In this document: positions 12,437 to 21,450 of the stretch, in pieces | Numbering within the stretch: the stretch's first letter is position 1 | Layout: each line of letters opens with the position of its first letter | Source of the DNA: Candidatus Hydrogenedentota bacterium | GTDB lineage: Bacteria; Hydrogenedentota; Hydrogenedentia; Hydrogenedentales; SLHB01 | Direction of reading: 5' to 3' | Assembly: GCA_026387845.1 (NCBI GenBank) | Contig: JAPLKX010000254.1 | Location: 1-34,244, forward strand | DNA: 34,244 bases | Made by a program: the position numbers and the translations under genes | Notes under the pieces: generated by a model | Told to the model about the DNA's origin: nothing | Seen by the model: the letters and a program-made list of their open reading frames with translations, nothing else | Databases searched by the model: none

Positions 12437-15400
12437 ATGGGAACGACTGAGCACACGATTAATGATGCAATCGCGGAAGTTTTGAGGGAAACTCGGCGTG
12501 TGTGGCGGAACAGCAAATTTGTGAGTTCCGAGAACACGGGGATGCTGAAACATAGCGCTAAGCAGCCGGACATAGTGATTATTGAACCCAATATGTCGCC
12601 GGTAGTAATCGAAAACGAGGTGATGCCTGCTGCCAATGTGGAATCAGAAGCAATATCACGTCTTGGGCAGAAGATTCGGTATGCAGGACGAACCATTCTG
12701 TCTTGTATTGCTTTGAGGTCACCATTGCGCCTGCGGGAAAAGCATGGGCAGTCATTGCTGAATGATTTGCGTCAGGCAGATGATCTGGAGATGGCACTTT
12801 TCACGGGTGTTTCTCGTGCGGAGTATACGCGCTGGCCGCGATCAGGGTGGATCAGCGCTAGCATTCCAGACGTTTCTGTTGTTGTGCAAACCGCATCAGT
12901 TCCGCCGGAAGTTGTCGAACAGGCCGCAGAAGAATTAATCAGTGGCGTAAGTGATGCTGCCGGTCTAATGGAGGATATTGGAGCAACCAACCCGGGGGCG
13001 ATTGAAAAGATATGCCGAGAACTGCGGCAAGAGAACTGCGAGCAGACTTTGCGTATGGCTGCAACTATTCTGGCTAATGCGTTTGTATTTCAAGAGACTT
13101 TGGCCGGCGGACCGGGTGAGTTGAAGCTTGTCAAATCTCTGGATCAACTTCGGTCTTCCAGTGGGGGACTTTCAAGACCTGGTGTTTTGAGCGAGTGGCG
13201 AAACATTCTGAAAGTAAACTACTGGCCGATTTTCGACATCGCACGGCGGATTCTAGAAGTCATCCCAGCCGGCGAGACGAAGCCGCTCATAGACTGTCTT
13301 GCAACGACCGCAGAACGATTACTGGCAAATCGGGTGATGCGGTCGCACGACGTGACGGGAGCTGTTTTCCAGAGACTTATTGTAGACAGAAAATTTTTGG
13401 CTGCGTACTACACGACGCCGGCGTCGGCTGCGTTGCTGGCAGGGTTGGCAATCTCGTCGGATCACCCGCCGGGGGGCGGATCATGGGCCAATGCAGAAGA
13501 TGTAAAAAGGCTTCGGATTGCGGATTTTGCTTGCGGGACCGGCACCCTTCTGACAACAGCTTACCAACGAATTGGACAATTGCATGAGGCGGCGGGTGGA
13601 GATGTTGAGGCAATCCATCCGGAGATGATGGAAAGCAGCCTCGTGGGTTGCGATGTCTTGCCAGCGGCAGCACATTTGACTGCGTCCATGTTGGCCGGCG
13701 GACATCCAACTGTGAAATACGATCAGAGCTGCATTTTCACTGTTGCTTACGGAAAGCAGGAGGAAGGGCACGTCGCGCTTGGGTCGTTGGATCTGTTAAA
13801 TCCCCAGGGTCAGTTAGAAATTCTTGCGATTACGGCCAAGGCTATTGGAAGCTCGGGTGAATCAGATAAGGACACGTGGCAGTCGCTTCCTCATGCGTCG
13901 TTCGACCTTGTTATTATGAACCCGCCGTTTACTCGTGCGACCAACCATGAGGCAGGAAAAGCCAACGTACCAAATCCTGTGTTTGCAGCTTTCAGTTCGA
14001 GTTCTGAAGAACAAAGGATGATGGGAAAGGCAACTGAAAAACTGACAAAAGGCACGGCTGCTCACGGGAACGCAGGAGAAGCTTCTATCTTTCTTGTTCT
14101 CGGTGATAAGAAGGTAAAGGCAGGGGGAGTCTTGGCATTAGTTATGCCGCTCAGTTTCATGTCAGGTGAGTCTTGGGAAGGTTGTAGGTCACTGTTGGCA
14201 AAGAATTACGATGAGCTCATTCTTCTGTCAATTGCTGGGGCGGGCGATAATGACATTTCTTTTTCGGCAGATACAGGTATGGGCGAATGCCTGTTGATTG
14301 GGAAAAAGTGTCCGTCGGCGACGAATCGGGCGACGTTTGTCGTGCTGAATGAACGCCCGACATATAGGCTTGTTGGATCAAACCTTGCCGAGCAGATCGC
14401 GGATCTCATCCGCAATGGAAATGTGAGACGCCTTGAAGACGGACCTCTAGGAGGTTCTCCCATCCTTTTCGGAGATGAGGTAGTTGGACATGCGCTTGAC
14501 GCACCTTTGCCAGAGTCGGGCCCTTGGAATTTGGCACGGATAAGCGATCTGTCTTTGGCGCAAGCGTCGTATCAGATGATAGTAGAGCAGAGGGTTTGGT
14601 TGCCGGGGATGCGCGCCAGAGATGCTGTCGCGGTACCCATTACTTCAGTTGAAACGGTGGGACAGGTGGGACCAATTGATCGCGATATCAACGGCTATAC
14701 GCCGGAGGGAGCCATACGGGGGCCTTTTGATACGCCTGATGTGAGGCCGGGAACGGTACCAACTTACCCTGTTCTTTGGTCACATGATGCTGCACGTGAG
14801 CGTAGTATGGAATTCGATGCGGATTGTGAGGGAATTGCAAGGCGGGGAAGTAACGCCGAAGAGCAGATGGCTCTTGAGACGAAGTTGGCAGCCGTATGGG
14901 ATACAGCTTCGCATTGCCACTTTAATCGTGATTTTCGATTCAACAGTCAAGCAACAGCAATGCAATACACACCACGGAAAACCATGGGAGGCCGCGCGTG
15001 GCTGTCGATTCAGCTTGCGTCCGATGATCTGGAAAAGGCTCTTGTTTTGTGGGCGAATACGTCTTTGGGACTGTTGTTGCGTTGGTGGCACTCGAACAAA
15101 CAACAGGCTGGAAGAGGAAGCGTTGCCAAATCTGCGCTCCAGACCTTACCTATACTTGACGTGACGAGGCTCAGCGCGAAGAGACTTCGTGAAGCAGTGC
15201 GGTTGTTTGAGAGTTTCAAGAGGAAAGAACTTTTGCCGATCAATGAAATCGAACATGATGCGGTGCGTGCGGAAATGGACTCTGAGTTCGCCCTAAAGGT
15301 GCTGGGGCTTGATCCGGAGTTGGTTAAGACGGGTGGGACGCTTGAACTGCTGAGAAATAAGCTGGGGCGGGAACCTTCGGTAAGAGGCCTGAAGAAGTAG
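12437..15400 (+). CDS. ~988-aa fusion protein: PD-(D/E)xK-like N-terminal region + gamma-class N6-adenine (amino) methyltransferase core + uncharacterised ~400-aa C-terminal region (Type IIG/IIL-like architecture)
   Basis: First ATG is at 12437 (the ORF is open from a TTG at 12347). MTase motif I ADFACGTGTLL (nt 13523-13546 for DFACGTGT) precedes motif IV MNPPFTR (NPPF at nt 13919-13930). AAYYTTPASAALLAGL helix lies upstream, and GCDVLPAAAHLTASML lies between the two motifs. N-terminus has AIAEVL...KQPDIVIIEPNMSPVVIENEV, i.e. PD-x13-ExE. TAG stop. Confidence 0.75.
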   Translation: MGTTEHTINDAIAEVLRETRRVWRNSKFVSSENTGMLKHSAKQPDIVIIEPNMSPVVIENEVMPAANVESEAISRLGQKIRYAGRTILSCIALRSPLRLREKHGQSLLNDLRQADDLEMALFTGVSRAEYTRWPRSGWISASIPDVSVVVQTASVPPEVVEQAAEELISGVSDAAGLMEDIGATNPGAIEKICRELRQENCEQTLRMAATILANAFVFQETLAGGPGELKLVKSLDQLRSSSGGLSRPGVLSEWRNILKVNYWPIFDIARRILEVIPAGETKPLIDCLATTAERLLANRVMRSHDVTGAVFQRLIVDRKFLAAYYTTPASAALLAGLAISSDHPPGGGSWANAEDVKRLRIADFACGTGTLLTTAYQRIGQLHEAAGGDVEAIHPEMMESSLVGCDVLPAAAHLTASMLAGGHPTVKYDQSCIFTVAYGKQEEGHVALGSLDLLNPQGQLEILAITAKAIGSSGESDKDTWQSLPHASFDLVIMNPPFTRATNHEAGKANVPNPVFAAFSSSSEEQRMMGKATEKLTKGTAAHGNAGEASIFLVLGDKKVKAGGVLALVMPLSFMSGESWEGCRSLLAKNYDELILLSIAGAGDNDISFSADTGMGECLLIGKKCPSATNRATFVVLNERPTYRLVGSNLAEQIADLIRNGNVRRLEDGPLGGSPILFGDEVVGHALDAPLPESGPWNLARISDLSLAQASYQMIVEQRVWLPGMRARDAVAVPITSVETVGQVGPIDRDINGYTPEGAIRGPFDTPDVRPGTVPTYPVLWSHDAARERSMEFDADCEGIARRGSNAEEQMALETKLAAVWDTASHCHFNRDFRFNSQATAMQYTPRKTMGGRAWLSIQLASDDLEKALVLWANTSLGLLLRWWHSNKQQAGRGSVAKSALQTLPILDVTRLSAKRLREAVRLFESFKRKELLPINEIEHDAVRAEMDSEFALKVLGLDPELVKTGGTLELLRNKLGREPSVRGLKK

Positions 15401-15448
15401 AGTGGGTTATGGTGGGGGAACTCGTTGTCGGGGGGAGTACGCGCGGGC

Positions 15449-17281
15449 CTACGTTGGGACGCCCCCGGTCGGGCGAGGGCGCTTTCGGCGCATGGCGTAC
15501 GCGCCGAGGAGGGCCAGCGAGACGGCCATAATCAGAACGGCCGGCGCGTATGTGCTCAGCAGGGGCGGGTGAACATCGATTGTTACGGTGTAGATAGTTT
15601 TCGGTTCGCCATCGTACTCGCAATGGTAGGCGCCGGAGTCGGTGAGTTGGAGATCGGGAATCATCAGGGTCCGGCAGTTGACGCCCTGGCAGCGGTCCTC
15701 GTCGAGCCCGCCTTCGCCCTCTTTGCTCCACTGGAATGTGGCTGACGGCGCAATTTCTCCGGGCACGCGCAGGCAGGCATCCTCGCCCGCGGCGAAAGAC
15801 GTTTGGACGGACGGCGCGCAATCGGGGCAATCCGATCCCTGGGCGCGCTGGGCCAGCGGAACGTACGGGGTCCCTGACCGATAAAGCAGGTACAGGCCGA
15901 CGTTGCCCGTGGTGCCGTTCTGCAACGTGTAGGGGTAGCCGGTATTCCACAATACCCAGGCGGCCTGTTCCCATTCGGGATGGGGTTCGTTTTCATAAGC
16001 CGCGAGTTTCCACAAACCAATGAGGAACGGATACGGAATCGAATGCATGCTGACATTGAGCGTAGCGGCGGGCCCAAGGTTGTTCAGTTCCCACGCCAGG
16101 TTGTCCAGCATCGCGACCGCGTAAGGGCGCAGTTCAGCGGCTTCCGCGGAGTCGCCTCGGTCGCGAAGCGCGACATAAGCCTCGGTCATGGCCCAGGCGT
16201 TCATGCACCCGTACCACAGAAGCGCGTTGTGACCGTCCCAGTTGCGGCCGGGCCGTTGCGCCCCGGCCCACAGCGCGCTGAACGGCTGGCCAGCCATGCC
16301 GTCGACCATGCCATCCTCGTTCCAGTCGGTCAGCACACCCGGCTTGAGGTTGCGCTCGAGTTTGTCGAGCATGGCTTCCTTGAACGGCGCCTCGCCGGTG
16401 AGGCCATACAACTGCGCCAGGAGCCAGACGTTTTTGGCGGTGTAATTGTGGTTGCGCACGGGCGGCTCAGACGCGCTCCACGCGCCCGCCAGCCGCGCCG
16501 ATTCCAGAAACTGGGCGCGTTGGACGGGGTCGTCTTGTTGAATGGCCGCCTCGACCATCATCACGCCGGTCCAGCCGTGGTCGTAGGCCATGCCGCCGTC
16601 GTACACGCGCGGGGACACCCAGAAGTCGCCGGCGACGAACTTGCGCCCGCTCCACTTGCCGCCGGCATAGGTGACACACAAATCAGGTACTGTGGCGCAG
16701 AACGTGGGAATGACATCCATTATGCCGCCGCGATAACAAGGGTCCGCGGGATCGCCCAGCGAGTAGGCATACGCATAGGCGCCTTGCCAGGTGACGGGCG
16801 GGGTGGCGGCGTGCGCTTCGCTGTATTGCGTGGCGGCCATGTCGCCGGCGATAACCGCCAAGTCGGCCAGTGGGACCGTCAAGCTCCCCGCCAACCGGGC
16901 ATAGTAGGCGCCAAGCGCCGCGGAGGGCCATTCCCTTCCGAGGGTGGGACACGCGGAATTGTACGCCGCAAAGCGGGGAGCATGAACCGATTCCCATACC
17001 GTAGTGACGGTTTGCAGGGATGGCGGTGTAGGATTGGGGGCCGCCCGGGTATAGTCCTGCTCGGGACACCCCACGTCCGCGCCCCGGGTTTCCTTGGCGG
17101 CGTTGATAGCGGCCCGCACGTCGGACGCCGACCCCGAGTACATCGCGTTCTCGATGGCCCAACGGTCAGTCGAGGAACCGTAGGGATCGGCGCAAGGCGC
17201 CGCGCCAACCGGGACGGCGGCCAGCCAGAGGAAGCACAAGAGTATGTTGCGGAACCAATGCGGCCGGATTGTGCCCTTCAT
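15449..17281 (-). CDS. secreted, C-terminally membrane-anchored protein: large alpha-helical (possibly alpha/alpha-toroid) domain + Ig-like domain
   Basis: ATG at 17281 preceded by GGAGGAGG. Signal peptide MKGTIRPHWFRNILLCFLWLAAVPVGAAP. Ig hallmark C-x14-W ... LQLTDSGAYHCEY near the C-terminus. TM segment APAVLIMAVSLALLGAYA followed by RRKRPRP. Confidence 0.7.
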   Translation of the reverse strand: MKGTIRPHWFRNILLCFLWLAAVPVGAAPCADPYGSSTDRWAIENAMYSGSASDVRAAINAAKETRGADVGCPEQDYTRAAPNPTPPSLQTVTTVWESVHAPRFAAYNSACPTLGREWPSAALGAYYARLAGSLTVPLADLAVIAGDMAATQYSEAHAATPPVTWQGAYAYAYSLGDPADPCYRGGIMDVIPTFCATVPDLCVTYAGGKWSGRKFVAGDFWVSPRVYDGGMAYDHGWTGVMMVEAAIQQDDPVQRAQFLESARLAGAWSASEPPVRNHNYTAKNVWLLAQLYGLTGEAPFKEAMLDKLERNLKPGVLTDWNEDGMVDGMAGQPFSALWAGAQRPGRNWDGHNALLWYGCMNAWAMTEAYVALRDRGDSAEAAELRPYAVAMLDNLAWELNNLGPAATLNVSMHSIPYPFLIGLWKLAAYENEPHPEWEQAAWVLWNTGYPYTLQNGTTGNVGLYLLYRSGTPYVPLAQRAQGSDCPDCAPSVQTSFAAGEDACLRVPGEIAPSATFQWSKEGEGGLDEDRCQGVNCRTLMIPDLQLTDSGAYHCEYDGEPKTIYTVTIDVHPPLLSTYAPAVLIMAVSLALLGAYAMRRKRPRPTGGVPT

Positions 17282-17355
17282 GACTCAGCCTCCTCCGTTT
17301 GGCATGCTACCACACTCGCGGCTCGGCTGGTCTTGGGAAACGGCGCGTTGAAGTG

Positions 17356-18081
17356 TTACCGCCTGCGGATCCAATCCTGGGCCCGGTATGTTTCTTTGGC
17401 GAGGTTTTTTGCGGCTTCGAGTTCATTGTGGCCGGGTTTGACGGGCCGGGGGTCGGCGTTGAACGCATCGCACAGGACGAGTTTGAGGTCCTGCGAACGG
17501 AGCGGGACGGTGGTGAGGAACCCGTGGTGGTCTCGAGTTCCGCGGTACTGGGGCCGGTCGATGGGCTCGCGGATGTACCTGGCGATTTTCTGGGTGTCGA
17601 GGGCGTAGAGGACGGTGCCGTGGTGGAGAATATGCCTGCGTCGTCGTTTTTGGGCGTTTCCGGAGAATTTGAGGCCGCGGATGGCCATGTCGGAGACACC
17701 TTTGTGTTTTGCGCTGATGCCGCGGTTGGCGAGCGCGGCGGTAATCGCCCCGAGGATGTAGCAGTACGAGCCGCGGATGGTGCAGAGATCCGGATGGCGG
17801 TCGTGGGCAAGCACGAGCGAGAAGTTCAGGCAGCCCGGCCCCTGTAGGACGCAGCCGCCCGCCGAGCACCGACGCATGATGGCCACCCTGTCATCGAGGC
17901 AATTCTTTTCATAGACTTCCTGCCGCAGGACCTGTGAGACGCCCAGCACAACAAACGGCACCCCGCTTTCCCAGACGCGCAACGTCTCCTCGCCGCGGCC
18001 GTTTTCGGCCATTTCGAGCAGGATTTCGTCGTACGCCAGGTTTTCCTCGGGCCGGGTGAAAGAGTAGTCGAGAAATCGCAT
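17356..18081 (-). CDS. lipoate-protein ligase / octanoyltransferase family protein (BPL_LplA_LipB fold)
   Basis: RVWESGVPFVVLGVSQ, RRCSAGGCVLQGPGCLNFSLV, and a catalytic-Lys-type motif GLKFSGNAQKR. Sits directly downstream of the glycine-cleavage genes, whose H protein needs lipoylation. Confidence 0.8.
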   Translation of the reverse strand: MRFLDYSFTRPEENLAYDEILLEMAENGRGEETLRVWESGVPFVVLGVSQVLRQEVYEKNCLDDRVAIMRRCSAGGCVLQGPGCLNFSLVLAHDRHPDLCTIRGSYCYILGAITAALANRGISAKHKGVSDMAIRGLKFSGNAQKRRRRHILHHGTVLYALDTQKIARYIREPIDRPQYRGTRDHHGFLTTVPLRSQDLKLVLCDAFNADPRPVKPGHNELEAAKNLAKETYRAQDWIRRR

Positions 18082-18147
18082 CAGTCGGATAATGCCTTCA
18101 TGCCAATAGTTGGTCAGTGTGCCATTTTTTGGTTCGCCGAAAAGCGG

Positions 18148-18216
18148 GCCGAAAAGCGGGGACAGGCACCCTTTTTTTCAAACTGCCAAAAAAAGGGTGC
18201 CAGTCCCCGTTTTTCG
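18148..18216. repeat. palindromic intergenic repeat, GGGGACAG...CAAACTGCC...GTCCCC family, copy 1
   Basis: CCGAAAAGCGGGGACAGGCACCCTTTTTTTCAAACTGCCAAAAAAAGGGTGCCAGTCCCCGTTTTTCGG is a nearly perfect ~30-bp-stem hairpin. The left arm CCGAAAAGCGGG is partly duplicated just upstream (18136-18147). Lies between the gcvPB stop and the ligase start. Confidence 0.85.
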
Positions 18217-18245
18217 GGGTCTGCAACTCGTTGTCACACCATACT

Positions 18246-19715
18246 TTAAATATACGTGCAATTCAACTCGCGGGCGGCCTTGACTTCGTCGAGCCGGCCC
18301 ACGGGCAAGTGTTGCGGGGCCTCGTGCAGGGCCTGGGGATTTTGGCGTGCGAGCTTTGCGATTTCAAGCAGGGCGTCTGCGAACGCGTCGAGCGTCAGTT
18401 TGGACTCGGTCTCTGTGGGCTCGATCATCATGCTTTCCTTCACCGTGAGCGGGAAGTAGACGGTTGGCGCATGAAACCCTCTGTCGAGGAGCGCTTTGGC
18501 GACGTCAATGGCGTGTACATCGAGTTCGGAAGCGAAATCGGACAGGGTCAGCACGCATTCGTGCATAAAGCCGGAGGGGAATGCGGGCTTGTAGGCTTGT
18601 TTGAGGCGGGCGAGCAGATAGTTGGCATTGAGGACTGCGTGGCGCGAGACCTCGCGCAAACCATCGCCGCCCAGCGCCAGGATATACGCGTACGCCCGAA
18701 GGGCAATCATGAAGTTGCCAAAAAACGGGGCAATCCGGCCTATGGATTTTTCAGGCGTGGCCAGCTTGTAAGATGCAGGCGGGATGCCTGCGCTACGATT
18801 TGCAGAATCTACTTTGACTACACGCGGGCCGGGCAGGTAGGGGGCGAGTTTATCGCCGACGCCGACGGGGCCCGAGCCCGGGCCGCCCATACCGTGGGGT
18901 GTGGCGAAGGTTTTGTGGAGGTTGAAGTGCATGACGTCGAACCCGAGGTCGCCGGGCCGGCATTGGCCGATGATGGCGTTGAGGTTTGCGCCGTCGTAAT
19001 AGAGGAGCGCGTCGGCCTGGTGAGCGAGGTCGGCGATTTTCCGGACCTCCGGCTCAAACAGGCCGTGGGTGTTCGGGCAGGTGAGCATTACGCCCGCCAC
19101 ATTCTCGTTGAGGACTTTGCGAAAACTGTCGAGGTGGATAGTGCCATCGGGGGCGGATGGAACCTGGAGGACTTTGAACCCGGCGATGGCGGCGCTGGCG
19201 GGGTTGGTGCCGTGAGCGGAGTCGGGGATGATGATGGTGTCTTTCCGGTGGCCTTTGTCGCGGTGGTAGGCGGCGATGAGCAGGACGCCGGTGAGTTCGC
19301 CGTGGGCGCCGGCGATGGGCTGCAGCGAGACCTCGCGCATGCCAGAAATGCCGGCGAGCAGCCGCTCAGTTTCGTAGATGACCTCGAATGCACCCTGGCA
19401 GCAGGCGTAACCGGCCGGAGTAGTTGCCAGATGCGGGTGGAGGTCGCGAAAACCGGCGTTGGCGGCGACCGCCTCGGCCATTTTCGGGTTGTACTTCATG
19501 GTGCAGGAGCCGAGGGGGTAAAAGTTGGAGTCGACCCCGAAGTTGCGTTGCGAGAGGTGGGTGAAATGCCTGACGACATCGAGTTCGCTGACTTCCGGCA
19601 ACGGCGCCGGATCTCCGCGGAGCAACTCGGCGGGCAACGGCGCTTCGGGCACATCGAGCGGATCCAGCGTGACACCGCGGCGGCCAGAGCGCGTCTTCTC
19701 GAAAATCAGTTCCAT
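18246..19715 (-). CDS. gcvPB: glycine dehydrogenase (decarboxylating) subunit 2
   Basis: 489 aa. PLGSCTMKYNP and the PLP-lysine region NLHKTFATPHGMGGPG. The ATG at 19715 overlaps the gcvPA stop (19706-19708). Confidence 0.93.
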   Translation of the reverse strand: MELIFEKTRSGRRGVTLDPLDVPEAPLPAELLRGDPAPLPEVSELDVVRHFTHLSQRNFGVDSNFYPLGSCTMKYNPKMAEAVAANAGFRDLHPHLATTPAGYACCQGAFEVIYETERLLAGISGMREVSLQPIAGAHGELTGVLLIAAYHRDKGHRKDTIIIPDSAHGTNPASAAIAGFKVLQVPSAPDGTIHLDSFRKVLNENVAGVMLTCPNTHGLFEPEVRKIADLAHQADALLYYDGANLNAIIGQCRPGDLGFDVMHFNLHKTFATPHGMGGPGSGPVGVGDKLAPYLPGPRVVKVDSANRSAGIPPASYKLATPEKSIGRIAPFFGNFMIALRAYAYILALGGDGLREVSRHAVLNANYLLARLKQAYKPAFPSGFMHECVLTLSDFASELDVHAIDVAKALLDRGFHAPTVYFPLTVKESMMIEPTETESKLTLDAFADALLEIAKLARQNPQALHEAPQHLPVGRLDEVKAARELNCTYI

Positions 19716-21019
19716 TTCAATTTCCCCAGGGCGTTGGCAAAAACATCAAGCTCAGCCCGCGTCCGTTTCTCCGTCACGTCCACCAGCAAATCGTTTGGCC
19801 CTCCGGCTCCCAGTGCGGCCAGCGGCACGCCTGCGAAAAAGCCTCTGTCAAGCAATTGGGCGGCGGCGCGATCGGCCGGGCCGGGCAGGCGCACCACAAA
19901 TTCGTTGAACGTTGGGCCTTTGTTGACGATCTCGATTCCGGGCGTTTCCCGCAACAGGCCTTTCAGATACTCGGCCTTGGCGTGACATTGCGCGGCGACT
20001 TCGCGTAGCCCTTCTTTGCCCAGCAGGCACAGGTAGATGAGCGCGCGCAACGCGCAAAGCGCTTCGTTCGAGCAGATGTTCGACATGGCGCGTTCGCGCC
20101 GGATGTGCTGCTCGCGCGCCTGCAGCGTCAGGACGAACCCGCGGCGGCCCTGCCCATCCTGCGTTTGCGCGACAAGGCGGCCGGGCATCTTGCGCATGTG
20201 GGCGCGGCGCGTGGCCATGATGCCGAGGTAAGGTCCCCCAAACCCGGGCGACATGCCGAGCGACTGGCCTTCGGCGATGGCGATGTCGGCGCCCATCAGG
20301 CCGGGCGTCTTCAGGAGGCCGAGCGAAATCGGGTAAAACGAGACCGCCAGCAGGGCGCCCGTGGCGTGGCAGGCTTCCGCTGCACGGGAGAAGTCGGCGA
20401 TGTCGCCGTGGAACGACGGGTTCTGGGCGATAAGACAAGCGGCGCCGTCCAACTGTGATTCAAATCCTTCAGTGGGCACATCGAGAATATTGAAGTTCAG
20501 GTTGGCGGTGTGCGTCAGCAGCATCCGTTTGTAAACGGGGTTCAAGGAGGGGAGGCAGAGGATTTTGGTTCGCTTGGTGAGCCGGGCGGACATGGTGGCG
20601 GCCTCGAACACGGCCGTGCCGCCATCGTAAAGCGATGCGTTGGCCACCTCCATAGACGTCAGGCGGCAAATGGCGGACTGGTACTCGTAGATTGACTGGA
20701 GGGTGCCCTGGGCGGCCTCGGGCTGATAAGGCGTGTAGGCGGTATAGAACTCGCTGCGGGAGGATAGCGCGTCGACGGCGGCAGGGATGAAATGGTCGTA
20801 CACACCGCCCCCCATGAAGCAGATGTTGCCGGGGCAGTTTTTGGCGGCCAGCGCGTCGAGCCGGGCCCGCACGGACATCTCGGACATCCCCGGGGGCAGG
20901 TCCCACCCGGCAAGCCGCAATTCCGGCGGGATCGTGGTGAAGAGATCGTCGATGGAACTGACGCCGACGGCGGCGAGCATCTCTTTTTGCTCATCAGCGG
21001 TGGTGGGAATCCAGGTCAT
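19706..21019 (-). CDS. gcvPA: glycine dehydrogenase (decarboxylating) subunit 1
   Basis: 437 aa. FMGGGVYDHFIPAAVD, YTPYQPEAAQGTLQSIYEYQ. The ATG at 21019 directly follows the gcvH TAA. Confidence 0.93.
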   Translation of the reverse strand: MTWIPTTADEQKEMLAAVGVSSIDDLFTTIPPELRLAGWDLPPGMSEMSVRARLDALAAKNCPGNICFMGGGVYDHFIPAAVDALSSRSEFYTAYTPYQPEAAQGTLQSIYEYQSAICRLTSMEVANASLYDGGTAVFEAATMSARLTKRTKILCLPSLNPVYKRMLLTHTANLNFNILDVPTEGFESQLDGAACLIAQNPSFHGDIADFSRAAEACHATGALLAVSFYPISLGLLKTPGLMGADIAIAEGQSLGMSPGFGGPYLGIMATRRAHMRKMPGRLVAQTQDGQGRRGFVLTLQAREQHIRRERAMSNICSNEALCALRALIYLCLLGKEGLREVAAQCHAKAEYLKGLLRETPGIEIVNKGPTFNEFVVRLPGPADRAAAQLLDRGFFAGVPLAALGAGGPNDLLVDVTEKRTRAELDVFANALGKLKWN

Positions 21020-21400
21020 TTATTGCTCCTTGAGGTAACTTTCATATTCGGAGGCGCTCATGAGGGCATCGAACTCGGCGCGCTCGATGTCCTCGAGTTT
21101 GAAAAACCAGCCGTCCTCGTAGGGGCTCTTGTTGACGATCTCGGGCTGATCGAGGAGCCGCTGGTTGATCTGCGCCACGCGCCCGCCAACCGGCGCGTAG
21201 ACCTCGCTGGCCGCTTTCACGGATTCGATGGACGCCACGTCGTCGTCCTGGGCGACATCCAACCCGACTTCGGGCAGTTCGATGTAGGTGATATCGCCGA
21301 GCTGTTCGACGGCGTAGTCCGTGATGCCGACGACAAACACCACGCCGTCGTCGCGGATCCACTCATGGTTCTGGGAGTACTTCAGATGCTGCGGGTTCAT
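21020..21400 (-). CDS. gcvH: glycine cleavage system H protein (lipoyl carrier)
   Basis: 126 aa. YSQNHEWIR ... ASIESVKAASEVYAPVGG, with the lipoyl-lysine motif ESVK. AAGGAG RBS. Confidence 0.95.
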   Translation of the reverse strand: MNPQHLKYSQNHEWIRDDGVVFVVGITDYAVEQLGDITYIELPEVGLDVAQDDDVASIESVKAASEVYAPVGGRVAQINQRLLDQPEIVNKSPYEDGWFFKLEDIERAEFDALMSASEYESYLKEQ

Positions 21401-21450
21401 AAAAAGGCTCCTTGATTTCTGACGGCAGGGCCGTTTTCCCCAGTGCGAAT

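Noticed and set aside
12099-12696. Small ORFs in and around the methyltransferase leader (12099-12290 minus, 12119-12310 plus, 12238-12696 minus)
   Set aside because: They have no RBS and odd Cys/Thr-rich or hydrophobic low-complexity sequences. They overlap the operator-like palindromes or lie antisense to the start of the large gene.
15980-17608. 542-aa plus-strand ORF
   Set aside because: It lies entirely antisense to the 610-aa secreted-protein gene and the ligase gene. The sequence is Arg/Gly/Pro/Ala-rich and low in complexity, as expected for the opposite strand of a high-GC gene. It has no motif and no RBS.
18117-19985. 622-aa plus-strand ORF
   Set aside because: It is antisense to gcvPB/gcvPA, whose products carry unmistakable family motifs. 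This is a long GC-driven shadow ORF.
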